A stretch of 32,000 nucleotides of DNA from Mycolicibacterium smegmatis. GTDB taxonomy: Bacteria; Actinomycetota; Actinomycetes; Mycobacteriales; Mycobacteriaceae. The position numbers and the translations under genes are program-made. The stretch spans positions 4,920,001-4,952,000 of the forward strand of contig NZ_LN831039.1 of NCBI RefSeq assembly GCF_001457595.1, given 5' to 3'. A model generated the notes under the pieces. The model did not search any database, was not told where the DNA came from, and worked only from the letters and a program-made list of their open reading frames with translations. Below are positions 7,748-15,913 of the stretch, one piece after another. Numbering within the stretch: the first letter of the stretch is position 1; each line of letters starts with the position of its first letter.

Positions 7748-9021
7748 TTCACATCGAACTCCAGGTGCAGGTGGGTGAGCCCACGCAGGATGAACGTCGG
7801 GATGTACTTGTAGTCCCGATTGGCCGCCGGACCGTGGTGTTCCTCGGAGATCCGGATGTCGGTGGTGCGGTCGAGCAGTCGCTCCAGTCCGACGCGGGTC
7901 TCGGCACGGGCCAGCGGCGCGCCCGGGCAGCTGTGGATGCCACGGCCGAACGCCAGATGCTGGCGGGCGTTCTTGCGGGCCGGGTCGAAATCGTCGGGGT
8001 TCTCGAACCGGCGCGGGTCCCGGTTGGCCGCGCCGTTGACCACCATGACGGTACGGCCCGAGGGCAAGTCCTTGTCCCCCACCGTGACCGGGCAACGGGA
8101 GAGCCGGAAATCGCCCTTGACCGGACTCTCGTGGCGCAGCGCCTCTTCGATGAAGTTCGGCAACAGGCTGCGGTCCTCGCGCACCATCTTCTGCACGTCC
8201 GGCCGGTCTCCCAGTACCTTGAGCGCGGTGCCGAGCAGTCGGACCGTGGTCTCCTGACCCGCCGAGAAGACATTGGTGGCCACCCGTGCGACGTCGCCGG
8301 GGCTCGGGGTGGTGCCGTCTGGGAACAGTGCGGTGGCCATCCCCGTGAGGATGTCCTCGCGAGGGTTACTGCGCCGGTCCTCGATGTACGCCTCGAACTG
8401 GCCGTAGAGGAATTCCAGCGGGCTGTGCGACAGCGACTCGTCACCGGTGCTGCCCACGCCGCCGCCGGAGTTCTGCGAGATGCCGTCGACGAACGCGTTG
8501 CGGTCCTCGGCGGGGATGCCCAGCAGGTCCGCGATCACCAGCAGGGTGAACGGGCTGGCGAAGCCCTTGATGAACTCGCCCTTGCCCGGCGCCAGGAAAT
8601 CGTCGAGCACCTCGTCGGCCAGCTGCCACATCGCGTCCTCGTTCTCCTTGAGGCGCTTGGGCGTGATCAGCCGCATCATCAGCGAGCGGTGGTTGGTGTG
8701 CACCGGCGGGTCCAGGGTGGGCAGCTGATCGCTGAACGGCAGCTCGTCGCGGTGCTTCTCGATGAGTTCGGCGACGTCGTCGCGGCCCTCCAGCGGCACC
8801 GGGAAGCCGGGGAACGGCCCGGTGACCGAGGTGCATGAGGAGAAGCTCTTCTCGTCGTTGTAGACCGAGACAGCCTCCTCCCAGCCGGTCACCATGGTCA
8901 CCCCGTAGTGATCCTCGGACTGCACGGGGCACTTGTCCCGCAACGCGTTGAAATACGGGTACGGGTCGTCGACCAGCCGGGGGTCCTTGAACCAGTCGAT
9001 ACCGGCGGGATCGATCGCCAT
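7744..9021 (-). CDS. Cytochrome P450 (P450-2), 425 aa
   Basis: It starts at MAIDPAGIDWF. It has the I-helix SAGQETTV, ExxR (EALRHE) and the heme loop FGRGIHSCPGAPLA. The upstream 58 codons of the listed ORF lie in AT-rich promoter DNA. Confidence 0.92.
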   Translation of the reverse strand: MAIDPAGIDWFKDPRLVDDPYPYFNALRDKCPVQSEDHYGVTMVTGWEEAVSVYNDEKSFSSCTSVTGPFPGFPVPLEGRDDVAELIEKHRDELPFSDQLPTLDPPVHTNHRSLMMRLITPKRLKENEDAMWQLADEVLDDFLAPGKGEFIKGFASPFTLLVIADLLGIPAEDRNAFVDGISQNSGGGVGSTGDESLSHSPLEFLYGQFEAYIEDRRSNPREDILTGMATALFPDGTTPSPGDVARVATNVFSAGQETTVRLLGTALKVLGDRPDVQKMVREDRSLLPNFIEEALRHESPVKGDFRLSRCPVTVGDKDLPSGRTVMVVNGAANRDPRRFENPDDFDPARKNARQHLAFGRGIHSCPGAPLARAETRVGLERLLDRTTDIRISEEHHGPAANRDYKYIPTFILRGLTHLHLEFDVK

Positions 9022-9055
9022 ATGTGTCACTCCGTTTCCTGACGGACTCAGACGT

Positions 9056-9074
9056 ATGAGAACGTGCCTCTCAT
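9056..9074. promoter_or_regulatory. Operator-like dyad ATGAGAA-CGTGC-CTCTCAT (GAGAA-N5-TTCTC family, one arm mismatch)
   Basis: It lies 35 nt upstream of the P450-2 start, in the divergent gap shared with the EBP-like gene. It is related to the sites at 23722, 30522, 31322 and 31524. Confidence 0.45.
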
Positions 9075-9170
9075 TGTTGAGTATTACATTTCCACAGCGC
9101 CGCTTCGCCGTCAACGAGGGCAAACGCCTGATCGTTCCGCTCAACATGCCACATTCGGAAACGGGATTCT

Positions 9171-9198
9171 CCAATGTTGTGCATTCGCTCAACATTGG
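9171..9198. promoter_or_regulatory. Perfect 9-nt inverted repeat CCAATGTTG-N10-CAACATTGG
   Basis: It is seen directly in the sequence, about 57 nt upstream of ATG 9255. Related CTCAACA(T/A)TG copies occur at 9072-9081 (reverse orientation) and 9140-9149. The 10-mer CGCTCAACAT is repeated at 9138-9147 and 9186-9195. Confidence 0.4.
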
Positions 9199-9254
9199 CT
9201 GGTCGAACGCATATCGTCAGCTCAGTTGCCGCCGCGGCACGGACAGGACACGCC

Positions 9255-10034
9255 ATGACATCCGACATCGCGACACCGGCCCCGACCGCCGGCGAACCCG
9301 ACCTGGCCCGTCCCTGGGCACCGCACCGCCGCAAGGCCTACGTCGCCCTCACTGCGATGACCGGTTTCGCCTTCACGATCGCGGTCGTCGGGGTCGGCAC
9401 CGGTCTGCTGCCGCCCACCTTCACCGTCGACGTCATCGCCAACCTGGCGTTCGGCCTGCCGGTGATCGTGCTGCCGCTGGTCTACTTCTGGACCGGCCGG
9501 GGTGAGCAGCGCTCGCGTCTGCAACGCGCCTCGGAGCTGACGATGATCTACCTGCCCTACACCGCGGGCAGCCAACTCGGCTACGAGACCATCTTTCTGA
9601 TCGGCCATCCGATGAACTGGTGGACACCGACCACCGACCCGGGCTGGAAGTGGCTCTGGTGGCAGTACGGCCTGGCCGACACCCGCTACACCAGTGGCAA
9701 CGCCTGGATCTTCGGGCTGGAACTGGTCGGCGTGGTGACCGGCACGCTGCTGTTCATCGTGTGGATCCGCTTGATGCGCAGCGATTTACCGGTCGAGTCC
9801 CGGATCAAGAGCCTGTGGCTCGCCTTCACCGGATGCGCGATGCTGATCAGCAGCACCGCGGTGTACTTCCTGTCCGAGGTGCGCGCCGGGTTCGACGACA
9901 TCGGTCAGGGGGCCTTCGGGCTCTGGTTCAAATTCATCGCCGAGAACGTGCCGTTCATGATCCTGCCGTTCTTCGCCCTGATCGCGATGTATCGCCAGAT
10001 CGACCATCTCAGCCGCCGGGCAGGCCCTCGGTAG
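9255..10034 (+). CDS. Polytopic membrane protein resembling the EBP / EXPERA family (emopamil-binding protein, sterol delta8-delta7 isomerase-like), 259 aa
   Basis: It has several hydrophobic segments. LWWQYGLADTRY, GLELVG and YFLSEVRAGF...GLWFKF parallel human EBP LWKEYAKGDSRY, CMETIT and YFLTEHRDGF...LYFWFYF (human sequence recalled from memory). The start is uncertain (ATG 9255 preferred; 9174 possible). Confidence 0.7.
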   Translation: MTSDIATPAPTAGEPDLARPWAPHRRKAYVALTAMTGFAFTIAVVGVGTGLLPPTFTVDVIANLAFGLPVIVLPLVYFWTGRGEQRSRLQRASELTMIYLPYTAGSQLGYETIFLIGHPMNWWTPTTDPGWKWLWWQYGLADTRYTSGNAWIFGLELVGVVTGTLLFIVWIRLMRSDLPVESRIKSLWLAFTGCAMLISSTAVYFLSEVRAGFDDIGQGAFGLWFKFIAENVPFMILPFFALIAMYRQIDHLSRRAGPR

Positions 10035-10056
10035 CTCACACCGGGGTAGCTCACAC
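10030..10056 (+). repeat. Tandem direct repeat GGTAGCTCACAC x2 (15-nt period)
   Basis: Copies lie at 10030-10041 and 10045-10056. The first copy contains the TAG stop of the EBP-like gene. The repeat lies 65-90 nt upstream of the TetR-A start. Confidence 0.5.
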
Positions 10057-10120
10057 AGACCGACAGCGGCGGCTTGGTTGGACACTGGTCAGCTGTGCCG
10101 ATGCGCGGTACGGTGCGCAG

Positions 10121-10780
10121 GTGGTCGCATCACCGCGCAACACCGAAGCTGACCGGGGTCAGCGCCGGGCGACCTTCCAGCGCGCCAACTCCCACACCAC
10201 CAAGCAGATGCTGGTCCATGCGGCCATGGCGTTGTGGCGGACCAACGGCTACGCCAACACCACGGTGGCCGAGATCTGCCGGGGCGCCGGGGTCTCCAAG
10301 GCGTTGTTCTACTTCTACTTCCCGCGTAAGGAAGACGTGCTCTTCGAGGTGGGCGTGATGTCCACCCGCTCAGCCCAGCGCACCATCGCGAAGCTGCTGG
10401 CCGACGACTACGACGTCATGACCGTCGTCGGCGCCGCACTGACCGCCCTGGAACGCTCGATGAGCAGCAATCCGCGCGAGTTGGTCATCGAGACCATCCT
10501 GGAGGGGTACCGGCACGAGCACCGACTGCTGGCCACGGGAGAGAACCGTCCCGATCTGGACGGCGGCATGTTCACCACCCTGTTCGCCCGCGCGGTGGCC
10601 GACGGCAAACTTCCCGCCGGCACCGACACCGACCGCCTGGTCCATCTGGCCATGATGATGGTCAGCGAGGGCGCCCGGCATTGGGCCGCAGGCGCTTTCG
10701 GCGCCCGTTCCTTCGCCGACGTCGTCGCCTCCGACATCGCCACCCTGATCGCAGGCAGCACCGGACGAAGGAGACCGTGA
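10121..10780 (+). CDS. TetR/AcrR family transcriptional regulator (TetR-A), about 219 aa
   Basis: The HTH region is TKQMLVHAAMALWRTNGYANTTVAEICRGAGVSKALFYFYFPRKEDVL. GTG 10121 is the first start in frame that keeps helix 1, but the start is uncertain. The stop overlaps the next ATG (TGATG). Confidence 0.75.
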   Translation: MVASPRNTEADRGQRRATFQRANSHTTKQMLVHAAMALWRTNGYANTTVAEICRGAGVSKALFYFYFPRKEDVLFEVGVMSTRSAQRTIAKLLADDYDVMTVVGAALTALERSMSSNPRELVIETILEGYRHEHRLLATGENRPDLDGGMFTTLFARAVADGKLPAGTDTDRLVHLAMMMVSEGARHWAAGAFGARSFADVVASDIATLIAGSTGRRRP

Positions 10781-12081
10781 TGGCATGGGATTTCGAGACC
10801 GACCCGGAGTTCGCCGAACTCCTGGACTGGGTGGACACCTTCGTCCGCGACGAAGTCGAGCCGCTGGACCTGGTGTGGCCGCATCTGCAGTTCACGCCTC
10901 TGAACGAGGTACGCCGGCAGGTGGTGGACCCGCTCAAGGAGCAGGTGCGCCGAAAAGGCCTGTGGGCCACCCATCTCGGCCCCGAACTCGGTGGTCAGGG
11001 ATACGGGCAGCTGAAATTGGCGCTGCTCAACGAGATCCTGGGCCGGTCGCAGTGGGCGCCCATCGTGTTCGGCTGCCAGGCACCCGATACCGGCAACGCC
11101 GAGATCATCGCGCACTACGGCACCGAGGAGCAGAAGCAACGCTATCTGCGGCCCCTGCTCGACGGTGAGGTGTTCTCCTGTTATTCGATGACCGAGCCGC
11201 ACGCGGGCGCGGACCCGACGCTGTTCACCACGCGCGCCGTCCGCGACGGGGACGACTGGGTGATCAACGGCTGGAAGTTCTTCTCCTCCAACGCCGCCAC
11301 CGCGTCGTTCCTCATCGTCATGGTCGTCACCAACCCCGATGTCAGCGCCTATCAGGGCATGTCGATGTTCCTGGTGCCCACCGACACCCCCGGCGTCGAG
11401 ATCGTGCGCAACGTCGGCCTGTACGGCGAGCGCGACAACGAGGGATCGCACGCGCTGATCCACTACGACAACGTGCGGGTACCCGCCGAAGCTCTGCTGG
11501 GCGGTGAGGGGCAGGCGTTCGTCATCGCCCAGACCCGCTTGGGCGGCGGGCGAATCCACCACGCCATGCGCACGATCGGCCTCGCACGCAAGGCGCTCGA
11601 CATGATGTGCGAACGCGCGCTGAGCCGCAAGACACAGGGAAGCCGTCTGTCCGACAAGCAGTTCGTGCAGGGCTACATCGCCGACTCGTATGCGCAACTG
11701 CTGCAGTTCCGGCTGATGGTGCTCTACACCGCGTGGGAGATCGACAAGTACAACGACTACAAGTTGGTCCGCAAGGACATCGCCGCGGTCAAGGTCGTCA
11801 TGCCGACAGTCCTGCACGACATCGCATGGCGCGCGATGCAGGTGCACGGCGCCCTCGGTGTCACCAACGAAATGCCGTTTCTCGGGATGGTCACAGGCGC
11901 GGCCGTCATGGGCCTGGCCGACGGCCCCACCGAAGTGCACAAGACCACCGTGGCCAAGCAGGTGCTGCGCGACCACGAGGCCACCGAGGACACCTGGCCG
12001 ACCGAATGGATACCCCGCAAGCGCGAGGAGGCGCGGGCCAAACTCGCCGACTACCTGGACAACGAGGTGGGCAATCTGTGA
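10780..12081 (+). CDS. Acyl-CoA dehydrogenase family protein of the FadE2 / ACAD10-11 C-terminal-domain type, 433 aa
   Basis: It has MAWDFETDPEF..., SMTEPHAGADPT and TRLGGGRIHHAMR, which I recall as characteristic of this subfamily. It is translationally coupled on both sides. Confidence 0.88.
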   Translation: MAWDFETDPEFAELLDWVDTFVRDEVEPLDLVWPHLQFTPLNEVRRQVVDPLKEQVRRKGLWATHLGPELGGQGYGQLKLALLNEILGRSQWAPIVFGCQAPDTGNAEIIAHYGTEEQKQRYLRPLLDGEVFSCYSMTEPHAGADPTLFTTRAVRDGDDWVINGWKFFSSNAATASFLIVMVVTNPDVSAYQGMSMFLVPTDTPGVEIVRNVGLYGERDNEGSHALIHYDNVRVPAEALLGGEGQAFVIAQTRLGGGRIHHAMRTIGLARKALDMMCERALSRKTQGSRLSDKQFVQGYIADSYAQLLQFRLMVLYTAWEIDKYNDYKLVRKDIAAVKVVMPTVLHDIAWRAMQVHGALGVTNEMPFLGMVTGAAVMGLADGPTEVHKTTVAKQVLRDHEATEDTWPTEWIPRKREEARAKLADYLDNEVGNL

Positions 12082-13103
12082 GCGCACCGGACATCGACAC
12101 CCCGCGCCTCGCCGAGTGGATGGACGGCGCGGGGCTGCCGGGCAAGGGTGAGCCGCTGACCGCGCGCTTCCTGTCCGGCGGTACGCAGAACGTCATCTAC
12201 GAACTGCGCCGCGGCGACGAGCGCTGCGTGCTGCGCATGCCACCCCCGGGCGCGCCGCCCGACCGCGACAAGGGCATCCTGCGCGAGTGGCGCATCATCG
12301 CCGCGCTCGACGGCACCGACGTGCCGCACACCGAGGCCGTCGCCATGTGCGAGGACCCGAGCGTGCTCGGTCGGCCGTTCTACCTGATGGGGTTTGTCGA
12401 GGGGTGGTCCCCCATGGATCGGCACGGTGTGTGGCCCGAACCTTTCAACAGCGACCTGGGTACCCGCCCCGGCCTGAGTTATCAACTGGCCGAGGGCATC
12501 GCGCTGCTGTCCAAGGTCGACTGGCGCGAGCGGGGGCTGGCCGACCTGGGACGCCCCGAAGGTTTTCACGACCGGCAGGTCGATCGCTGGATCGCATTCC
12601 TCGAACGGATAAAACGCCGCGAGCTACCCGGCTTGAAGGTCGCCACCGACTGGCTGCGGGCGCACAAACCGCTCGACTACATCCCCGGCCTCATGCACGG
12701 CGACTACCAGTTCGCCAACGTGATGTACCGGCACGGCGCCCCCGCCACACTGGCCGCCATCGTCGACTGGGAGATGGGCACCGTCGGTGACCCCAAACTC
12801 GACCTCGCCTGGATGGTGCAGAGTTGGCCGACCGGCGAAGACACCGGCGGAATGGATTACGTCGACATGCGTGGCATGCCCGCACGTGACGACGTCGTCG
12901 CCCACTACGCCGAGGTGTCGGGCCGTCAGGTCGACGATCTGGACTACTACCTGGTGTTGGCCAAGTGGAAGCTCGCGATCGTGCTGGAGCAGGGTTTCCA
13001 GCGTGCGGGCGACGACGAGAAGCTTCTTGCGTTCGGACCGGTGGTGACAGGCCTGATGGCCTCGGCGGCCGAACTGGCCGAATCGACCGACTACCGGGGC
13101 TGA
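12078..13103 (+). CDS. Phosphotransferase (APH/choline-kinase fold) family protein of the ACAD10-11 N-terminal kinase type, 341 aa
   Basis: The GTG start overlaps the ACAD stop (GTGA). It has the catalytic loop LMHGDYQFANVMY (HGDxxxxN) and the metal-binding IVDWE. Confidence 0.87.
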   Translation: MSAPDIDTPRLAEWMDGAGLPGKGEPLTARFLSGGTQNVIYELRRGDERCVLRMPPPGAPPDRDKGILREWRIIAALDGTDVPHTEAVAMCEDPSVLGRPFYLMGFVEGWSPMDRHGVWPEPFNSDLGTRPGLSYQLAEGIALLSKVDWRERGLADLGRPEGFHDRQVDRWIAFLERIKRRELPGLKVATDWLRAHKPLDYIPGLMHGDYQFANVMYRHGAPATLAAIVDWEMGTVGDPKLDLAWMVQSWPTGEDTGGMDYVDMRGMPARDDVVAHYAEVSGRQVDDLDYYLVLAKWKLAIVLEQGFQRAGDDEKLLAFGPVVTGLMASAAELAESTDYRG

Positions 13104-13104
13104 C

Positions 13105-14079
13105 GTGCGCGCAGCCGTCTGCCCCCGGTACGGGCCACCCGAGGTAGTCCGCGTCGAGGAGTTGCCTGCGCCTGAACTCGGGCCCGATCAGGTGCGGGTG
13201 CGTGTCGGTGCTGCCGCGGTGAACTTTCCCGACGTGTTGCTCGTGGCCGACAGGTACCAGGTGACCGTGCCCGTGCCGTTCGTCCCTGGCAGTGAATTCT
13301 CCGGGGTGGTGACCGAGATCGCCGACGGTGTCACGGATTTCGTAGTCGGCGACCGGGTGGTCGGTACCGCAATGCACGGCGCGTTCGCCGAGGAGGTGTG
13401 TGTCGACGCATCCTGTCTGCAGCGCGCCGTCGAGCGCCTCGGCGACCGTGGCGCCGCCGCGTCCGGCGTCGCGCACCGCACCGCGTTCCACGCGCTGCGG
13501 TCGGTCGCCCGGGTCTCCACGGGCGACGACGTTGTCGTGCTTGGCGCGGGCGGCGGCGTCGGCCTGGCCGCGGTGCAGCTCGCCGCGGCACTCGGCGCCC
13601 GGGTGACCGCGGTGGCGTCGTCAACCGAAAAACTCGATGCCGCAGCACGATACGGTGCACACCACCTCGTCGACCACACAGCCGGTTCACTCCGCGCGGC
13701 ACTGCGCGACGCCGTTCCCGGAGGGGCCGACGCGGTGCTCGACCCGGTCGGCGGCGATCTCTCCGAACCCGCGTTGCGCGCGTTGCGCCGCGGCGGGCGG
13801 TTCGTCACCATCGGCTTCGCGTCAGGCGCCATCCCCCGGATACCACTGAACCTCGTGCTGGTGAAGGGCGTGCAGATCCTGGGCTTCGCGTTCCAGGACG
13901 TGCCGCCGGAGGAATTCGCGCGCAACGAATCCGAGCTCGGCGAACTGCTGGCGTCCGGCGCCGTGACGCCGCACATCGGTGCGGTCTATCCCCTCGCCGA
14001 GGTCGCTGCCGCGCTGCGGCATGTCGCCGAGGGACGCGCCGTGGGCAAGGTGGTCCTGGACGTCTCTGGCGTCCGATGA
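13105..14079 (+). CDS. MDR-superfamily NADPH:quinone oxidoreductase / enoyl reductase-like protein, 324 aa
   Basis: GTG start 1 nt after the upstream stop. It has VNFPDVL, PGSEFSGVV and the nucleotide motif VLGAGGGVGLAAVQLA. Confidence 0.87.
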   Translation: MRAAVCPRYGPPEVVRVEELPAPELGPDQVRVRVGAAAVNFPDVLLVADRYQVTVPVPFVPGSEFSGVVTEIADGVTDFVVGDRVVGTAMHGAFAEEVCVDASCLQRAVERLGDRGAAASGVAHRTAFHALRSVARVSTGDDVVVLGAGGGVGLAAVQLAAALGARVTAVASSTEKLDAAARYGAHHLVDHTAGSLRAALRDAVPGGADAVLDPVGGDLSEPALRALRRGGRFVTIGFASGAIPRIPLNLVLVKGVQILGFAFQDVPPEEFARNESELGELLASGAVTPHIGAVYPLAEVAAALRHVAEGRAVGKVVLDVSGVR

Positions 14080-14080
14080 G

Positions 14081-14108
14081 GTTTACAGTCGTCGCAGTGA
14101 GCGTAAAC
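14081..14108. promoter_or_regulatory. Operator-like dyad GTTTAC-N16-GTAAAC upstream of P450-3
   Basis: Six-nt inverted arms are separated by exactly 16 nt, and the spacer begins AGT as at 4813-4842. It lies directly after the stop of the MDR gene and about 100 nt upstream of ATG 14206. Confidence 0.4.
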
Positions 14109-14205
14109 TCACGCATCCTTGATCTGCGTCACCAGACCTGCTAAGCAAGTGCTCAGAACAAGACGGTCAGTTCAGAAAATGCCGCCCTTCGACGACGGAG
14201 TCCCG

Positions 14206-15396
14206 ATGGCCAAGCCCAGCACCAGTGCCACACCAGACCTGTACTACGACCCGTACAGCGTGCAGCTCAACATGGAACCGCACGAGGTGTTCGCGCGGAT
14301 CCGCGAAGAGGCGCCGCTGTACTACAACGAGCAGCACGACTTCTACGCGCTGAGCCGGTACCACGACGTCAACAAGGCCGTGATCGACCACGAGACGTTC
14401 ATCTCGGGCCGCGGCGCGCTGCTCGAGCTCATCAAGAGCGGCATGGAGATTCCGCCCGGCACCCTGATTTTCGAGGATCCGCCGATCCACAACATCCACC
14501 GCAACCTGCTGTCGCGGATGTTCACGCCGCGCAAGGTGCTCGCGCTCGAGCCCCAGATCCGCGAATTCACCACCCGCTGCCTGGACGCGGTGGCCGGCTC
14601 GGACACGTTCGACTTCGTCAACGATCTCGGCGAGCAGATGCCCATGCGCGTCATCGGCATGCTGCTGGGCATCCCCGAGGACCGCCAGCGCGCCATCACC
14701 GACCACGGCGAGCAGACGCTGCAGGGCACGACAGTCGATTCCCTGGCCACCGGTGAGGTGTTCGCGGAATTCATCGACTGGCGCGCCGAGAACCCGTCGG
14801 ACGACATCATGACCGACCTGCTCAACGCCGAGTTCGAGGACGAGACCGGCACGGTGCGCAAGCTGCGCCGAGACGAGTTGCTGCTGTACCTGACCGTGAT
14901 CGCCACCGCGGGTTCGGAAACCACGACGCGCGCGCTGGGCTGGGCGGGCAAGACGCTGGCCGACCACCCCGATCAGCGCCGCGACCTCGTCGAGAACCCG
15001 GCGCTGATCCCGCAGGCCATCGAGGAACTGCTGCGCTGGGAACCGCCTGCCCTGCAGATCGCCCGCTACGTCACGCGCGACGTCGAGTACTACGGCAAGA
15101 CCGTGCCCGCGGGGTCGGCGATGCTCATGCTGGTCGGGGCGGCCAACCGCGACCACAGGCGTTTCCCGCCGAACGGCGACGTGTTCGATATCCACCGGGA
15201 GCAGTTCTCGCACATGACTTTTGGTGCGGGCACGCACTTCTGCATGGGCAACGCGCTGGCCCGGCTCGAACTGCGTGTCGCACTCGAGGAAATACTCAAG
15301 CGCTTCCCCGAGTGGGAGGTCGACTGGGACAACGCCAGGCCCTCGGAGACCGCCGCGGTACGCGGCTGGGCGGCCATGCCAACGTTCGTGCGCTGA
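14206..15396 (+). CDS. Cytochrome P450 (P450-3, paralogue of P450-1), 396 aa
   Basis: GGAG lies 5 nt before ATG 14206; alternative starts are 14179 and 14119. It has the I-helix ATAGSETT, ExxR (ELLRWE) and the heme loop FGAGTHFCMGNALA. The N-terminus APLYYNEQHDFYALSRYHDV parallels P450-1 APLYYDSEQDFYALSRHEDV. Confidence 0.92.
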   Translation: MAKPSTSATPDLYYDPYSVQLNMEPHEVFARIREEAPLYYNEQHDFYALSRYHDVNKAVIDHETFISGRGALLELIKSGMEIPPGTLIFEDPPIHNIHRNLLSRMFTPRKVLALEPQIREFTTRCLDAVAGSDTFDFVNDLGEQMPMRVIGMLLGIPEDRQRAITDHGEQTLQGTTVDSLATGEVFAEFIDWRAENPSDDIMTDLLNAEFEDETGTVRKLRRDELLLYLTVIATAGSETTTRALGWAGKTLADHPDQRRDLVENPALIPQAIEELLRWEPPALQIARYVTRDVEYYGKTVPAGSAMLMLVGAANRDHRRFPPNGDVFDIHREQFSHMTFGAGTHFCMGNALARLELRVALEEILKRFPEWEVDWDNARPSETAAVRGWAAMPTFVR

Positions 15397-15409
15397 CCGC
15401 CCTGTCGCG

Positions 15410-15913
15410 TCAGCTGGCGGTGATCAGGTCGGCGGGCACCGAGCGGCTGAGCATGGTGCCGGTGCGGAACGCCTCGGTGCTGCCGACGGAGCCGGCGTCG
15501 GGGTGATTGGCCGCGGTGAGCGCCTGGGCCTTGAACGCGCGTGCGGCAGCGGACAGTTCGTGATGGGCGGGACAGACGCGCAGGTCTGACGGACACTCGT
15601 CGCCCCACAGCGTGACCTCGGTGAGGCCCTGCTCCAGCGCGCCGAGCACACCGTGGCGCACACGCTTGTCGGTGTTGAACAGATCGGCCGCGACCGCGAC
15701 GGTCTGCGGGTGCGGACGGTCCTGCCACGACCTGAGCACGCTCTCGAGGTCCATGGCCTCGACACCGAGGATCTCCAAGGGGCGCACGTTCTCGTCGCGG
15801 TCGATCAGCACCGTGACGTCCCAGCCGGCCATCACCCGGTCGACGAGCCAGCCTCCCGCGTACCGCACCGCGTCGATCACGCACGGGGCGACCACATCGA
15901 GTCGATACCTCAT
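15410..15913 (-). CDS. Hypothetical protein, 167 aa, translationally coupled to TetR-B
   Basis: The ATG overlaps the TetR-B stop (ATGA). Codon usage is consistent with its neighbours. I recognise no domain (MRYRLDVVAPCVIDAVRYAGGWLVDR...). Confidence 0.6.
   Translation of the reverse strand: MRYRLDVVAPCVIDAVRYAGGWLVDRVMAGWDVTVLIDRDENVRPLEILGVEAMDLESVLRSWQDRPHPQTVAVAADLFNTDKRVRHGVLGALEQGLTEVTLWGDECPSDLRVCPAHHELSAAARAFKAQALTAANHPDAGSVGSTEAFRTGTMLSRSVPADLITAS

Noticed and set aside
9174-9254. Longer N-terminus for the EBP-like protein (start at 9174)
   Set aside because: The extension would begin inside the 9171-9198 inverted repeat, in AT-rich promoter-like DNA. ATG 9255 is preferred, but the start remains uncertain.
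9942-9960. Internal sequence CCGAGAACGTGCCGTTCAT inside the EBP-like CDS, 15/19 identical to the operator-like site at 9056-9074
   Set aside because: It lies within coding sequence (AENVPFM), and its right arm does not match TTCTC. It could be chance. It is noted but not called a site.
14119-14205. Longer N-terminus for P450-3 (starts at 14119 or 14179)
   Set aside because: The extension is basic and low-complexity (MICVTRPAKQVLRTRRSVQK) in AT-rich DNA. ATG 14206 has a well-spaced GGAG and aligns with the N-terminus of paralogous P450-1.
15392-15414. GCTGAC-N11-GTCAGC hairpin between the convergent stops of P450-3 and the 167-aa ORF, considered as a terminator
   Set aside because: It has only a 6-bp stem with an 11-nt loop and no U-tract. 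This is too weak to list as a feature.
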